Source of the DNA: Candidatus Saccharimonadota bacterium
GTDB lineage: Bacteria; Patescibacteriota; Saccharimonadia; Saccharimonadales; Saccharimonadaceae
Direction of reading: 5' to 3'
Assembly (NCBI GenBank): GCA_963926585.1
Contig: CAWUXT010000001.1
Location: 121,102 to 185,101, forward strand
DNA length: 64,000 nucleotides
The stretch's first letter is position 1. Every line of letters begins with the position of its first letter. A model generated the notes under the pieces. It did no database searches. It was not told the DNA's origin and was given only the letters and a program-made list of their open reading frames with translations. Positions 20,001 through 28,773 of this stretch are shown here, piece after piece. The translations under genes and the position numbers were made by a program.

Positions 20001-20372
20001 AAAGCCAACGATAAAGGCAAGATTGAGCACTTCTTTGTCCCAGTTTATGCAAATCAAGTCAAGAGAGGCCATCCGGAATACAAGCCGACCAAGATTTTGC
20101 CAGAACCAAAGAAGGGGTCAAAGGATATTGATGACAGTTTTGAGTTTATCTGCAGTTTATATCCGAACGATTATCTAATTGGTAGAGATGTCAATGGCAA
20201 CATTTCAAAGCAAGGATATTATGTCAAGTATGGCATTGCAAGCGGGGCAATGGTTCTTCGGCCGCATTGGGGGAGCGGATCAGAAAGTGACTTTGGCATA
20301 GGACTAAGAAGCCTAGCTTCCATCCAGCGCCTCGACATCAACGTTCTTGGCGACAACTATTCTTGGGAGTAA
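17001..20372 (+). CDS. cas9: Type II-C CRISPR endonuclease Cas9 (1123 aa from ATG 17001)
   Basis: RuvC-I LGLDIGTTSVGW, Arg-rich bridge helix, HNH DVDHIIPFSR..NNKVLV, RuvC-III HHSVDA. Confidence 0.97.
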   Translation: MKYSLGLDIGTTSVGWSVVNLKKDRIEDLGVRIFERPENPKNGESLAKPRRDARSARRRLRRRRQRLNYLKSFFIKNNILTSDRIEYVLNPEHNHEYNPYQLREKGLTEQLTPEELFVALYHIAKRRGYKSNRKSVEEKDAEGGRVLKAIAANKDVLSDWNTVGRALNNDQRFAAHKRNKADDYSNSFIREDFLREIKQILAKQQEFYSQLSDSNIHLLLEGDPEHGNDDGIFYQRPFMTDELINKMRGNCPLEKDEKRAPKASYTFEMFRLAQDLAHLCYVMNLDDKIKDSDPEWKKHKIIKAGRNYLTTEQIQLCLDKCLETRKVTYKAIRKVLGYDGDSNFSFAYIRGKKDKGEDNTFAELKFYHDVKKATKDQPDDWQRISRDPDLFDRIGEILTCNKDDAAITDKLNQLNLTEQTVNNLLQLNPSGFGNLSAKAMRKITPFLLQGNGVTYDKAVVAAGYNFNEKLHGDKTKLPPLSEQDAQQITNPVVKRAVSQTIKVINAVVDKYGSPSRIGLECAGDLAKNFKDRNDIKKRQDENAERNQKIVEQLKEWGVVNPTGLQITKFKLMKQQNDKCIYCGKPITVDDMINDKTSCDVDHIIPFSRCGNDSLNNKVLVCSECNREKGNRTPYEQWGNNEQRWHQIETDVLSNEKLKGKAKRILAKTPPTEAWRDHAINDTRYISKFLSRYIKDNLAFDDDSLGKQKVILPTGAITSFLRRFWHIPHKDREADCLHHSVDATIIACVDQAVINDCANYSTAFTANQKHIIYEQNQDNEADDSGFTGSKKFMDKLAQITDQSTGYIDDDELRELQESFLPWPQFDKEIRLRESQPKENDTLAIWRDQFRDIYKDQDADFVNSIHPIFVSRMPKRNGTGQTNKETVRSPKTRDNDGKTRSVRMRLQDVKLKDLENSATRDTDPELYQQLKERLEANGDDPKKAFAEPVYKSGKTVDKNGHPISPVSTIKVYSVNPDASGFYVNDGKAYVNNGSMVRLDVYKKANDKGKIEHFFVPVYANQVKRGHPEYKPTKILPEPKKGSKDIDDSFEFICSLYPNDYLIGRDVNGNISKQGYYVKYGIASGAMVLRPHWGSGSESDFGIGLRSLASIQRLDINVLGDNYSWE

Positions 20373-20375
20373 ATT

Positions 20376-21275
20376 ATGGGCTGGCGGGTGGTATCAATTG
20401 AGAATCCAGCACATCTAAGCCTCGACAAAGGAAGCCTAGTTATTAAGCGTGACGAGACAGCCAAGCTTCCCATCGAGGACATTGATGTGTTGGTTATCGA
20501 TAACTATGCCGTCACTACATCGATCAATCTTCTTGGCGAGTTAGCCGCAAATAACGTCGCCTCTATTATCTGCGATAGCCGCCATACTCCATGTTCGATA
20601 ATTGAGCCACTATCGCAGCACTCCCGGCAGGCTAAAGTATCAAAGATGCAGATGGATATGTCACAGCCTCTTCGAAAAAATTTGTGGCAGACTATTGTGA
20701 AGCAAAAAATCATCAATCAAGCGGCCGTCCTAACCAAGTTCAATTATGATGAAACGGCCGGCAAATTGATTAAGCTTGCCACCGAGGTCCGTAGCGGTGA
20801 CACCACCAACCGTGAATCGATTGCTGCCAGATTATATTTTGCTGACCTGTTAGATGACGCCACCAGGCGCAAACCAACCTGGTATAATTCTGCACTTAAT
20901 TACACGTATGCTATTGTGCGTAGCGTAGTGGCACGGAGCATTGCTGCCCGCGGCTTGGTTCCATCATTGGGGCTATTTCATCACAGCGAGCTCAACAGCT
21001 TCAACTTGGCCGATGACCTAATCGAACCGTATCGCGCCTTTTGCGATGATTACGTACTTTCGGTTATCGCAGCCAGACATACTGGTGATATAGATGACGG
21101 CTCACTGAGTAGAGATGACCGCCACTTAGCTATTGACTTTTTGAATATTTATGTTAATATTAAGCATAAGCAATTTACAGTGAGAGACGCCATCGACATA
21201 ACCGTCGAAAGCTTAGTTCGTGCAATTAACAAAAAATCGCCAACCGAGCTTGAATTGCCCAGATTTACTAAATAA
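20376..21275 (+). CDS. cas1: CRISPR-associated endonuclease Cas1
   Basis: MGWRVVSI, NSALNYTYAIVRS, GLFHHSELNSFNLADDLIEPYR. Confidence 0.97.
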   Translation: MGWRVVSIENPAHLSLDKGSLVIKRDETAKLPIEDIDVLVIDNYAVTTSINLLGELAANNVASIICDSRHTPCSIIEPLSQHSRQAKVSKMQMDMSQPLRKNLWQTIVKQKIINQAAVLTKFNYDETAGKLIKLATEVRSGDTTNRESIAARLYFADLLDDATRRKPTWYNSALNYTYAIVRSVVARSIAARGLVPSLGLFHHSELNSFNLADDLIEPYRAFCDDYVLSVIAARHTGDIDDGSLSRDDRHLAIDFLNIYVNIKHKQFTVRDAIDITVESLVRAINKKSPTELELPRFTK

Positions 21276-21290
21276 TAACTAAGTGTTGAA

Positions 21291-21620
21291 ATGAATTACC
21301 GATATATGCGAGTATTGGTATTGTTTGATTTACCCACGGGAACTAAGGCAGAGCGAAAAGCTGCCACACAGTTCCGCAACTTTCTAATTAACGACGGTTT
21401 TGACATGCTACAATACAGCGTTTACAGTCGACTATGCCCAAATCGAGGCGTAGCACAAAAGCATTTAGATAGAGTAGTCAAGAATACACCAAAAGATACA
21501 TCAGGCTCCATTCGAGTCCTACTGATAACCGAGCATCAATTTACCACCATGTTCACTGTTTTAGGTGAAAAAACTGAGCAGGAAAAGCAAATAAAGGCAG
21601 AGCAATTGGCATTTTTCTAA
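21291..21620 (+). CDS. cas2: CRISPR-associated protein Cas2
   Basis: MRVLVLFDLPT...FRNFLINDGFDMLQYSVYSR. Confidence 0.96.
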   Translation: MNYRYMRVLVLFDLPTGTKAERKAATQFRNFLINDGFDMLQYSVYSRLCPNRGVAQKHLDRVVKNTPKDTSGSIRVLLITEHQFTTMFTVLGEKTEQEKQIKAEQLAFF

Positions 21621-21623
21621 ACT

Positions 21624-21652
21624 AAAATCCCCTCTGTAACAGAGGGGATTTT
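21624..21652. terminator. Bidirectional terminator between cas2 and the array
   Basis: AAAATCCCCTCTG-taa-CAGAGGGGATTTT. Confidence 0.85.
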
Positions 21653-21660
21653 GAGTGAGT

Positions 21661-22486
21661 ATTATACAACTAACTAAATTGTCAGGGAACTATAACACGT
21701 ACGGACTATCGGTTTAGGATTCTGTATTATACAACTAACTAAATTGTCAGGGAACTATAACTATATCGATCATTTAGATACGACAATTTCAATTATACAA
21801 CTAACTAAATTGTCAGGGAACTATAACTGTCAACATTTGCGTTATATTGTAGTTATGATTATACAACTAACTAAATTGTCAGGGAACTATAACTACTTCC
21901 CCATTACTTCGATTACCCGCATAATTATACAACTAACTAAATTGTCAGGGAACTATAACATAGCGTTATTGTCATTGTCAGTTGTAAAGATTATACAACT
22001 AACTAAATTGTCAGGGAACTATAACGCTAACGTTTGGCGACCCATTCCTATATGAATTATACAACTAACTAAATTGTCAGGGAACTATAACTGGACCTGC
22101 ACCGCTAGAAAAGCGGATAGGATTATACAACTAACTAAATTGTCAGGGAACTATAACAATGCCCATTGTCGCAACAGTTCAACGCTAATTATACAACTAA
22201 CTAAATTGTCAGGGAACTATAACCAAGACGATGCTGTGGTCTGGTTCACTCTATTATACAACTAACTAAATTGTCAGGGAACTATAACTTTAGCTTTTTA
22301 ATAAGGTTGTCCTTTTCTATTATACAACTAACTAAATTGTCAGGGAACTATAACATGGTCGGCCAGTTCGACTCTGGCAAGGGAATTATACAACTAACTA
22401 AATTGTCAGGGAACTATAACGCAGGAATGAGCGTCCAGATTGGAGCTGACATTATACAACTAACTAAATTGTCAGGGAACTATAAC
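21661..22486 (-). CRISPR. CRISPR array: 13 identical 36-nt repeats, 12 spacers of 29-30 nt
   Basis: Repeat on + ATTATACAACTAACTAAATTGTCAGGGAACTATAAC; minus strand GTTATAGTTCCC...GTTGTATAAT ends in a -10 box as in II-C arrays; orientation agrees with the anti-repeat strand. Confidence 0.98.
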
Positions 22487-22504
22487 GATTTATACTGTCC
22501 GTTG

Positions 22505-22753
22505 TTAGTCCTGCATCTCATCAGGATTATTTTCTCGAACTCTTTTTGTCTCTGTCTCTGCTTTGTTTTCATTCTTTAATTCCTGTTCTCGCTCACGACG
22601 CAATTGCTCACATCGTCGCACAAACTCACGGGCATGCTGTTCAGCCGTCATTAACTCATCAGCTGTTGGTTTATGTAAAGGATCAGCATTAATGCCGCAT
22701 TCATCTCGTAATTTGAGCTTATTCACTTCTGAATCCATGGACATCCTGTGCAC
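22505..22753 (-). CDS. Small hypothetical protein
   Basis: 82-aa charged ORF; no family recognised. Confidence 0.45.
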   Translation of the reverse strand: MHRMSMDSEVNKLKLRDECGINADPLHKPTADELMTAEQHAREFVRRCEQLRREREQELKNENKAETETKRVRENNPDEMQD

Positions 22754-22800
22754 ATTATACTACCTAGCTGTTGAAAGATAATGTCCGGCCTATCTCGGCG

Positions 22801-23826
22801 TTAATGCAAATGCAATGACTTTCTCGTCAGCTGTGTTTGCAACTCAGTCCACAGAAGTGGCCTTATTCTCAGTTTAGTTGATACCACAGCTAGCCAAGGT
22901 ACTAGCGCCACCACGTTATAGTCCGCCTGTGTTAACGATATACTATACAGCCGAGCAATGTCTCGCCATTTCTTGGCGTATTCGCAACGATAATTTGGAT
23001 TGGGCGGATAATATTCCGATGGGCCACTATCACTTTTCTCACGATTCTCCGATGCCGATACTGCAATATAAACGCCATTGTTCATAGCCTCTAAGCTAGC
23101 GCCGTAACTACGTTTTTGCGCTTCAGTCCAATGAGCTCCGCCGTGCTCGTTAACATATTTCAATGGAATAATGTGGTCAATATCCAAATCATTGCCCGCA
23201 CCATCACCCTGATAAGGATTGCCAGTCAGGGTCTGCCCTGAATATGGATCAACCCAGGAACCATATTTGACCGTGCAACCATTGCTCCCATATTGAACAG
23301 CCACTTGCGACGAACTAGATAACACTCGCGAGCGAATGTCGCAGCCGGTGCCGACATCCCAATCTGGTTCATAGTCGTCACGATTATATGGAACATTCTC
23401 AGCCGGAGCAATGGCAATGCCATCCATCGGACCAGCCAATGGCGGGGTTTGCTCGGGCTGGGTTTGCGACTGAGCAGGTTGTTGCTGAGTATCTGCGTCG
23501 TCGGATTGTCCAGCCTGGTCAGTTTGTTCAGCTGGCTGTTCGTTCTTTGGCTCAGCTTGTTGCTCAACAGCGGATTGAGTATCAGCTGTTTGTATCTGAG
23601 TTGATGATTGCTCAGCTGACTGACACACCGCCGCCAGCCAAATTAGCGACCAAACAGCAATCGCCGCTACAACTATCCAACGCTTTAGCCACTGACGACG
23701 ATACTTACATGTCCAATAAATCCCCAATGGCGGAAGCAGGGCAAACGCCAGCACAATTAACCAGCCAGAGCCGTTTGCCTTTAAGTAATTAGTCAATACC
23801 TTAGCTTTTTGTTTACGTTTTGTCAT
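22801..23826 (-). CDS. Membrane-anchored HNH nuclease, DUF1524-like
   Basis: Two N-terminal TM segments, Gln-rich linker, YNRDDY, WVDPYSG, DIDHIIPL, AVSASENREKSD, CEYAKKW. Confidence 0.8.
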   Translation of the reverse strand: MTKRKQKAKVLTNYLKANGSGWLIVLAFALLPPLGIYWTCKYRRQWLKRWIVVAAIAVWSLIWLAAVCQSAEQSSTQIQTADTQSAVEQQAEPKNEQPAEQTDQAGQSDDADTQQQPAQSQTQPEQTPPLAGPMDGIAIAPAENVPYNRDDYEPDWDVGTGCDIRSRVLSSSSQVAVQYGSNGCTVKYGSWVDPYSGQTLTGNPYQGDGAGNDLDIDHIIPLKYVNEHGGAHWTEAQKRSYGASLEAMNNGVYIAVSASENREKSDSGPSEYYPPNPNYRCEYAKKWRDIARLYSISLTQADYNVVALVPWLAVVSTKLRIRPLLWTELQTQLTRKSLHLH

Positions 23827-23912
23827 AATCTATCTAGTCAAATTATAACACTAAAACCCTCCCCGAGCAGGGAGAGCTAAACGTAAACTCGTTAGTGCTA
23901 GAATTTGGCTAG

Positions 23913-24230
23913 CTAATCACCGAACATTTCAAAGATTTCGCCAAGAAATGACTCGCGCTTGCGCTTCTTTGGCTGAGCGCGCTTGTCGTACTTGTCGTGT
24001 TTATCGTAATGATCATCGCTGCGTTTTTCGTCATGATACTCACGCTCGTTACGTCGATCATCAGATCTAGCTGGCTCGCGATCAGCATAGGCTTTTTCTT
24101 CACCGGCTATTAGTTTGTCCAACTCACCGCGATCCAACCAGACCCCGCGACATTCAGGGCAGTAATCGATCTCCACTCCCTGACGTTCCGACATTAATAG
24201 TGTCGTGTCCTTACATACTGGGCATTTCAT
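23913..24230 (-). CDS. zf-TFIIB-like zinc-ribbon protein
   Basis: MKCPVC...GVEIDYCPECRGVWLDRGELDKLI; start moved to ATG 24230, which has TATAAT 7 nt upstream. Confidence 0.85.
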   Translation of the reverse strand: MKCPVCKDTTLLMSERQGVEIDYCPECRGVWLDRGELDKLIAGEEKAYADREPARSDDRRNEREYHDEKRSDDHYDKHDKYDKRAQPKKRKRESFLGEIFEMFGD

Positions 24231-24429
24231 ATTAGTCATTATAATACAACCCGCACATGCACGTCGAACAATTCGTTGAACGGCCAAAGATATAATACCT
24301 AGAGCCATTACACCAATCTAATTTTTATGATAAACTAAGTGCCGATCTTTGGTTACTATTGGAAACGCGTAGCCTGTGTGAGGTTAAATGGCTGCCGAAC
24401 AACACAAAAGATAAAGGCATAATAATTAA

Positions 24430-24966
24430 ATGCACAAGGAGGTAGTGATAACTATGCCAAAAATTGAGAGCAAGCTCCAGGACTTTGTCTTTGGCGTGCT
24501 GATGGTCGCCATTATGGTTATTTTTATGGTGACTTATAACATCGCCCTGCAACACGGCGGGGCCAACATGGAAGTGCCATCCATCGTAGCGCAAGCTATC
24601 TGGGCGCCAATGATTATTGCCTCTATTGTCGAGAATCTATTTGTCGGTAAGGTAGCCAAGCGAATCGCCTTTAAGGTAGTAGACCCGCGAAAGTCTCAAT
24701 CCATCTTTGTAACGCTAGCCATCTCGGCCGTTACAGTTTGCTTTATGTGTCCCATTATGACGCTAATCGCCACATTGCTGTTCGAGTTTCCCGGCTGGGA
24801 TATGGTTATTGCCAACTGGCTTAAGACCTTTACGCTGAGCTTTCCGGCTGCCATGTGCTGGAATATTTTCTATGGCGGACCACTAGCACGTTTTATCTTT
24901 AAGCTAATCTTTCGTCCGCGCAATGTTGAGAAAGATTTAGTCAAAGTCGCCAAAGGTGTCAAGTAG
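24430..24966 (+). CDS. DUF2798-like membrane protein
   Basis: Several TM helices; TVCFMCPIMT and FPAAMCWNIFYGGPLAR patterns. Confidence 0.7.
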   Translation: MHKEVVITMPKIESKLQDFVFGVLMVAIMVIFMVTYNIALQHGGANMEVPSIVAQAIWAPMIIASIVENLFVGKVAKRIAFKVVDPRKSQSIFVTLAISAVTVCFMCPIMTLIATLLFEFPGWDMVIANWLKTFTLSFPAAMCWNIFYGGPLARFIFKLIFRPRNVEKDLVKVAKGVK

Positions 24967-25035
24967 CAGGTAAGTGAGGGTAAATAGTACGCCGTACAAA
25001 CAGACGACACGAACAATATGATATAATACACGATA

Positions 25036-25392
25036 ATGAAGACTGATCTGGCATATAAATTGGCTCGAATTAAATCGGCAATATTTGGCGACGACATTAT
25101 TACAATTGCCGCATACCAACACAAAATTCCACAGTCGTTACGCGCAAATATAACCCGTCATAACGACGGAACTATTTCGGCCGTGGTTGACCAGCTAGAC
25201 GGAAGGAGCATTGGCCATGGCTTTGCTACGCAGGCTAGATCTGAAACAGATTTAATCCGCATGATTAACTACGCATTACAAACATACTTGGATATTCCAC
25301 CGTCAGTCTGCATCAGCATGCCGCTACTGGTGCCCGAAAACTACGAAAACAATAAGAAGTTATCCAAACAGTTGAAACTGTGCCGAGCCTAG
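25036..25392 (+). CDS. HicB-like antitoxin
   Basis: DGTISAVVDQL..G..FATQARSETDLIRMINYALQTYL resembles the HicB N-terminal fold; adjacent to HicA. Confidence 0.55.
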   Translation: MKTDLAYKLARIKSAIFGDDIITIAAYQHKIPQSLRANITRHNDGTISAVVDQLDGRSIGHGFATQARSETDLIRMINYALQTYLDIPPSVCISMPLLVPENYENNKKLSKQLKLCRA

Positions 25393-25398
25393 GTTGAA

Positions 25399-25635
25399 AT
25401 GAATTATAAATCAGTCAGGCGTAAAAGGGTCATTAAATACCTAGAGAAGCTGGGTTTTCACAATTATGGCGGACATAGCCATGACAAGTTTTTAATACCC
25501 AATATGGATAAGGAACCAGTCATCGTACCGCGACACGCCCGCGATTTGAGTCCAGGTGTAATTGATCAAATCAGTAAGATACTAGTAGAATCTTACCAAG
25601 TAAACAAAACTGATGTATTGAATAATCTAAAGTAA
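25399..25635 (+). CDS. HicA-family toxin
   Basis: VIKYLEKLGF..GGHSHDKF..VIVPRHARDLSPGVIDQI. Confidence 0.75.
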   Translation: MNYKSVRRKRVIKYLEKLGFHNYGGHSHDKFLIPNMDKEPVIVPRHARDLSPGVIDQISKILVESYQVNKTDVLNNLK

Positions 25636-25822
25636 AAAGCGGGTCCTTCTTAGGCACTTACACCTTTCGAATCGCCCGCATCGACATGTACTGTTATGAT
25701 ATAATATATAGCTTTGCAATTCAAGGCCTTACAGACGTTTGATGATTATATTACATCATGAATTACAAAACCCCGCCCTGTGATAGAGCGGGGTAGTTAC
25801 GGATTGCTGTAGTTGCTAGGCA

Positions 25823-26749
25823 CTATTTCTTAGCGCTAGCAAAGCGGGTTGCGTATACAGCAGTTAGGACTGCGACAGTAATACCAGTTAGTACTAGAGC
25901 AAAGTTTGCAATAGTAGTACCGGTGTTTGGTGCAGTTACATCGGCCTCGGTGTCCTCACCTTCATCGACAGGCTCAGTTACGTCCGGAGTTTCCGGATCA
26001 GTTGGTTTCTCAGTATCGGCGATTGGAGTAGCACGGTAATCGTCGACATCCAAAGCCGTAAATGCACCATCGGCAGAAACTTCGGGAGCCTTAGAGGCAT
26101 CAAAGTATAGGAAGTCCTGGCCATCTGCAACATTATAGACTGCCGCATTAATGCCATCAAACTTCAGCTCAAAGCTATCAGCCTCGCTATAGATGGCTGG
26201 AGCAGGTGCGCCCTTGGGCGTTTCATGCCCCTCATCAGCATAAGTTACTTTAACGCCATCAGCAAAATTAACCGCAGGTACTGCTGTGACGTTCTTGCCC
26301 TGACTTATACCTATACCACCATAGTTACCACTCAAGTTAATAGTACCCCCTAGGTTCAGGGTTCCACCATTAACAAAGACCGACAGGTCGCCGCCAGTAA
26401 AGGTAATATCACGCATAGTTACCTCAATTGGATCTGACTGAGAGTAAACTTGCAGGTAACGACTATCCCATTCCTCCTCACGTTTAATATCAATGGTCTT
26501 GTTATTGCCATTGATAGTCATGCTGTGTGTAATATTAACCTTTTCAGGCACTACAATGTTATCGTCTAACTTGATCGTGCTGACATTAGCATTGGCAACG
26601 GCTGTGCTAAAGTCCTCATAGGTCTTCACAGTTGCGACTGTGCCGTCCTCACTATAGACTGGCTCAGCCCCTGCCGGGGTACCAGGCATAGCAATGAAAG
26701 CAAGTGCCGCCAAGCCAGCAATGATGCCAAACGACTTTTTCATTCTCAT
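25823..26749 (-). CDS. Secreted surface protein with APNTG-TM-basic tail
   Basis: Signal peptide, beta-helix-like core, Pro/Glu/Thr linker, APNTG followed by hydrophobic helix and SAKK. Confidence 0.8.
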   Translation of the reverse strand: MRMKKSFGIIAGLAALAFIAMPGTPAGAEPVYSEDGTVATVKTYEDFSTAVANANVSTIKLDDNIVVPEKVNITHSMTINGNNKTIDIKREEEWDSRYLQVYSQSDPIEVTMRDITFTGGDLSVFVNGGTLNLGGTINLSGNYGGIGISQGKNVTAVPAVNFADGVKVTYADEGHETPKGAPAPAIYSEADSFELKFDGINAAVYNVADGQDFLYFDASKAPEVSADGAFTALDVDDYRATPIADTEKPTDPETPDVTEPVDEGEDTEADVTAPNTGTTIANFALVLTGITVAVLTAVYATRFASAKK

Positions 26750-26963
26750 TTATCCTTTCTTATTACGTTTCCGTGTAGCAACCCGCTACTGGTTACTATT
26801 GTAAATCAGCAATAGCCGACCAGTCAATGCAATTCGGATGATATCGTGGTATTAATTACATATTGGCGTCAGCAAGAATACTACATGCACACAAGAAGTG
26901 CAGCCTTATTAGTACCATACAAATAACCACATCGTAACTACCTTGCATAGCTCTTAACGTGAA

Positions 26964-26989
26964 ATCAGGCTCCCGCCGGGGAGCCTGAT
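26964..26989. terminator. Terminator between the two APNTG genes
   Basis: ATCAGGCTCCC-gccg-GGGAGCCTGAT. Confidence 0.75.
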
Positions 26990-27032
26990 GAGATTTTCGA
27001 CATGTTATTGTTGATCTAGAAGCATTAACTGA

Positions 27033-28550
27033 TTAGTCATTCTCCTTAGCAGCAATGCGGATGCCCGCTAAAACAACCAGCATTGCTAGGGCAGTAGTGA
27101 TGGTTGCTAGAATCGAAGCGCCATCAGCTGCGCCCGAGGTGGCATCGGTGACAATACCGGTGTTGGGTGCAGCAATGTCTGTATTTTCATCAGTTGAAAC
27201 TGGTGGAGTCACATCAGGCACGTCAGTTGCAGCATCCGTGATAACAAAGTTGTAGGTCCTAGTCTTGCCACTGAAGCTAACCGTTACAGCAGCATGACCG
27301 GCAGAAGTAGCAACCACTAAGTTGCCGTCCAGCTCAACCGAACCACCATCAGTACCATCTAGACCGCCAACAAAGTTGTTAAATACACCATACCGCAGAA
27401 CTAGTTCTGGCAAGTCCATAACATATTTGTCGCCGACCTTCATTGTATAGTCGATGGGTACATCGTCGAACACAACTTCTTCGTCGGTAACTATGGATAC
27501 TGGCTCCTTGGTTGCCGGATCAACAACGTCGTACTTGAAATAGCCGTCAGGTAGAGCAGGCAGTTCAACACCATCGGCGAAGGTGCCACCGGTGACAATT
27601 GTTTCGCTAAATGTTTCAGGGGCGCGATCTGGACTATACATATTCTTTATGTTAAATACCCCGCCAGTTATTTTAACTGGTTCAATAATCCTGTATTGGC
27701 TATAGTCACCACCCTCGGGATCACGAATAGCTTCTAACAGGTTATCTGCGTTAAAGGTACCACCATTAATCTGAATAATACCCCTGTTCGTCGTATCTGA
27801 GCCAGACCCGCCCGCAAATAGAGTAGTTTTGTCTCCACCAGTCGGAACATCAAAAATGCCACCATTTATGGTCGTCTCGTTATAGTTCATGATGGACACT
27901 TGATAGTTGTTGGTAAAATAGCCATCATTAACAGTCAAGATTCCGTTTCCGTCATTCTTTATGGTATTCATACCGCCATCAAAAAACCCGCCATAAACAT
28001 TCATCTTTGGAAATTCATTATTTACGTCTGGGTTATACCCCTTCCTTGGGTCGTTGCTATTTGTAAATCCCGAATAACCATTATCCACAAGACTTGAACC
28101 TGGATTACCACCGGCTGGTGCAACCATTCTGACAACAACGCCATCATAAACGGCCAGATTACCGTGATTTAAAATTGTATAGTATGTACCCTTACTCTCA
28201 TCTTTGACATATGTCCCACCGTTCAAAATACTATCGCCATTGTTATACAATGCTGCAAAACCATTGCCGATTGCCTCAACAGTACCGCTACCTACAACAG
28301 TCAACGTAGCGCCTTTTTCAACTACAATAGCATCCTCACCGGTAGTAGTAATGTCACAACCGTTAAGGTTCAAAACAACCTTTTTGTTTTCAACAATACG
28401 GATCTGTTCGGTTATATCATTTGTCAACGTATAATCACCATCCAGATCCTTAGCCTTAGCTGTACCCCCCCCGAATAATACTAGGGTCGCAGTAACTAGC
28501 ACAGCCACACCCAACATGCGCAACGGTGTAGCCTTAGCATATACTCCCAT
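27033..28550 (-). CDS. Secreted surface protein with beta-helix repeats and APNTG-TM-charged tail
   Basis: Signal peptide; repeated (I/V)xGGxF motifs; APNTG, TM helix, RIAAKEND. Confidence 0.8.
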   Translation of the reverse strand: MGVYAKATPLRMLGVAVLVTATLVLFGGGTAKAKDLDGDYTLTNDITEQIRIVENKKVVLNLNGCDITTTGEDAIVVEKGATLTVVGSGTVEAIGNGFAALYNNGDSILNGGTYVKDESKGTYYTILNHGNLAVYDGVVVRMVAPAGGNPGSSLVDNGYSGFTNSNDPRKGYNPDVNNEFPKMNVYGGFFDGGMNTIKNDGNGILTVNDGYFTNNYQVSIMNYNETTINGGIFDVPTGGDKTTLFAGGSGSDTTNRGIIQINGGTFNADNLLEAIRDPEGGDYSQYRIIEPVKITGGVFNIKNMYSPDRAPETFSETIVTGGTFADGVELPALPDGYFKYDVVDPATKEPVSIVTDEEVVFDDVPIDYTMKVGDKYVMDLPELVLRYGVFNNFVGGLDGTDGGSVELDGNLVVATSAGHAAVTVSFSGKTRTYNFVITDAATDVPDVTPPVSTDENTDIAAPNTGIVTDATSGAADGASILATITTALAMLVVLAGIRIAAKEND

Positions 28551-28773
28551 TTAACACTCCTTTCGTGTAGATAAAATTAGTTGACTTTTACCCACCCAAA
28601 ACAGAGTATTTGTGTTCCTAAGATGAATTATAATTTCTCCCCGCCGCAAACTCAACGATAAGCGGCATCAGCGCGCAATCCATGCTATAATACCAGCAGG
28701 GTAGATACAGGTTGATTGCCACGTCAATTAACCCTAGGTTCGCTGGTCGCCGGGGCGGCCAGCATTTGTCGAT

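Noticed and set aside
21697-22450. Self-targeting spacers
   Set aside because: No match to the rest of the window found by eye; needs BLASTN for certainty.
21744-22579. ORFs with repeated IIQLTKLSGNYN
   Set aside because: Translation of CRISPR repeats.
26755-26830. c-di-GMP-I riboswitch-like fragment (GTAGCGGGTTGCTAC, ACG-GAAA-CGT) in the leader of the first APNTG gene
   Set aside because: The leader is too short and lacks the GGCAAACC...GAAA...GCAAAGC half of the aptamer.
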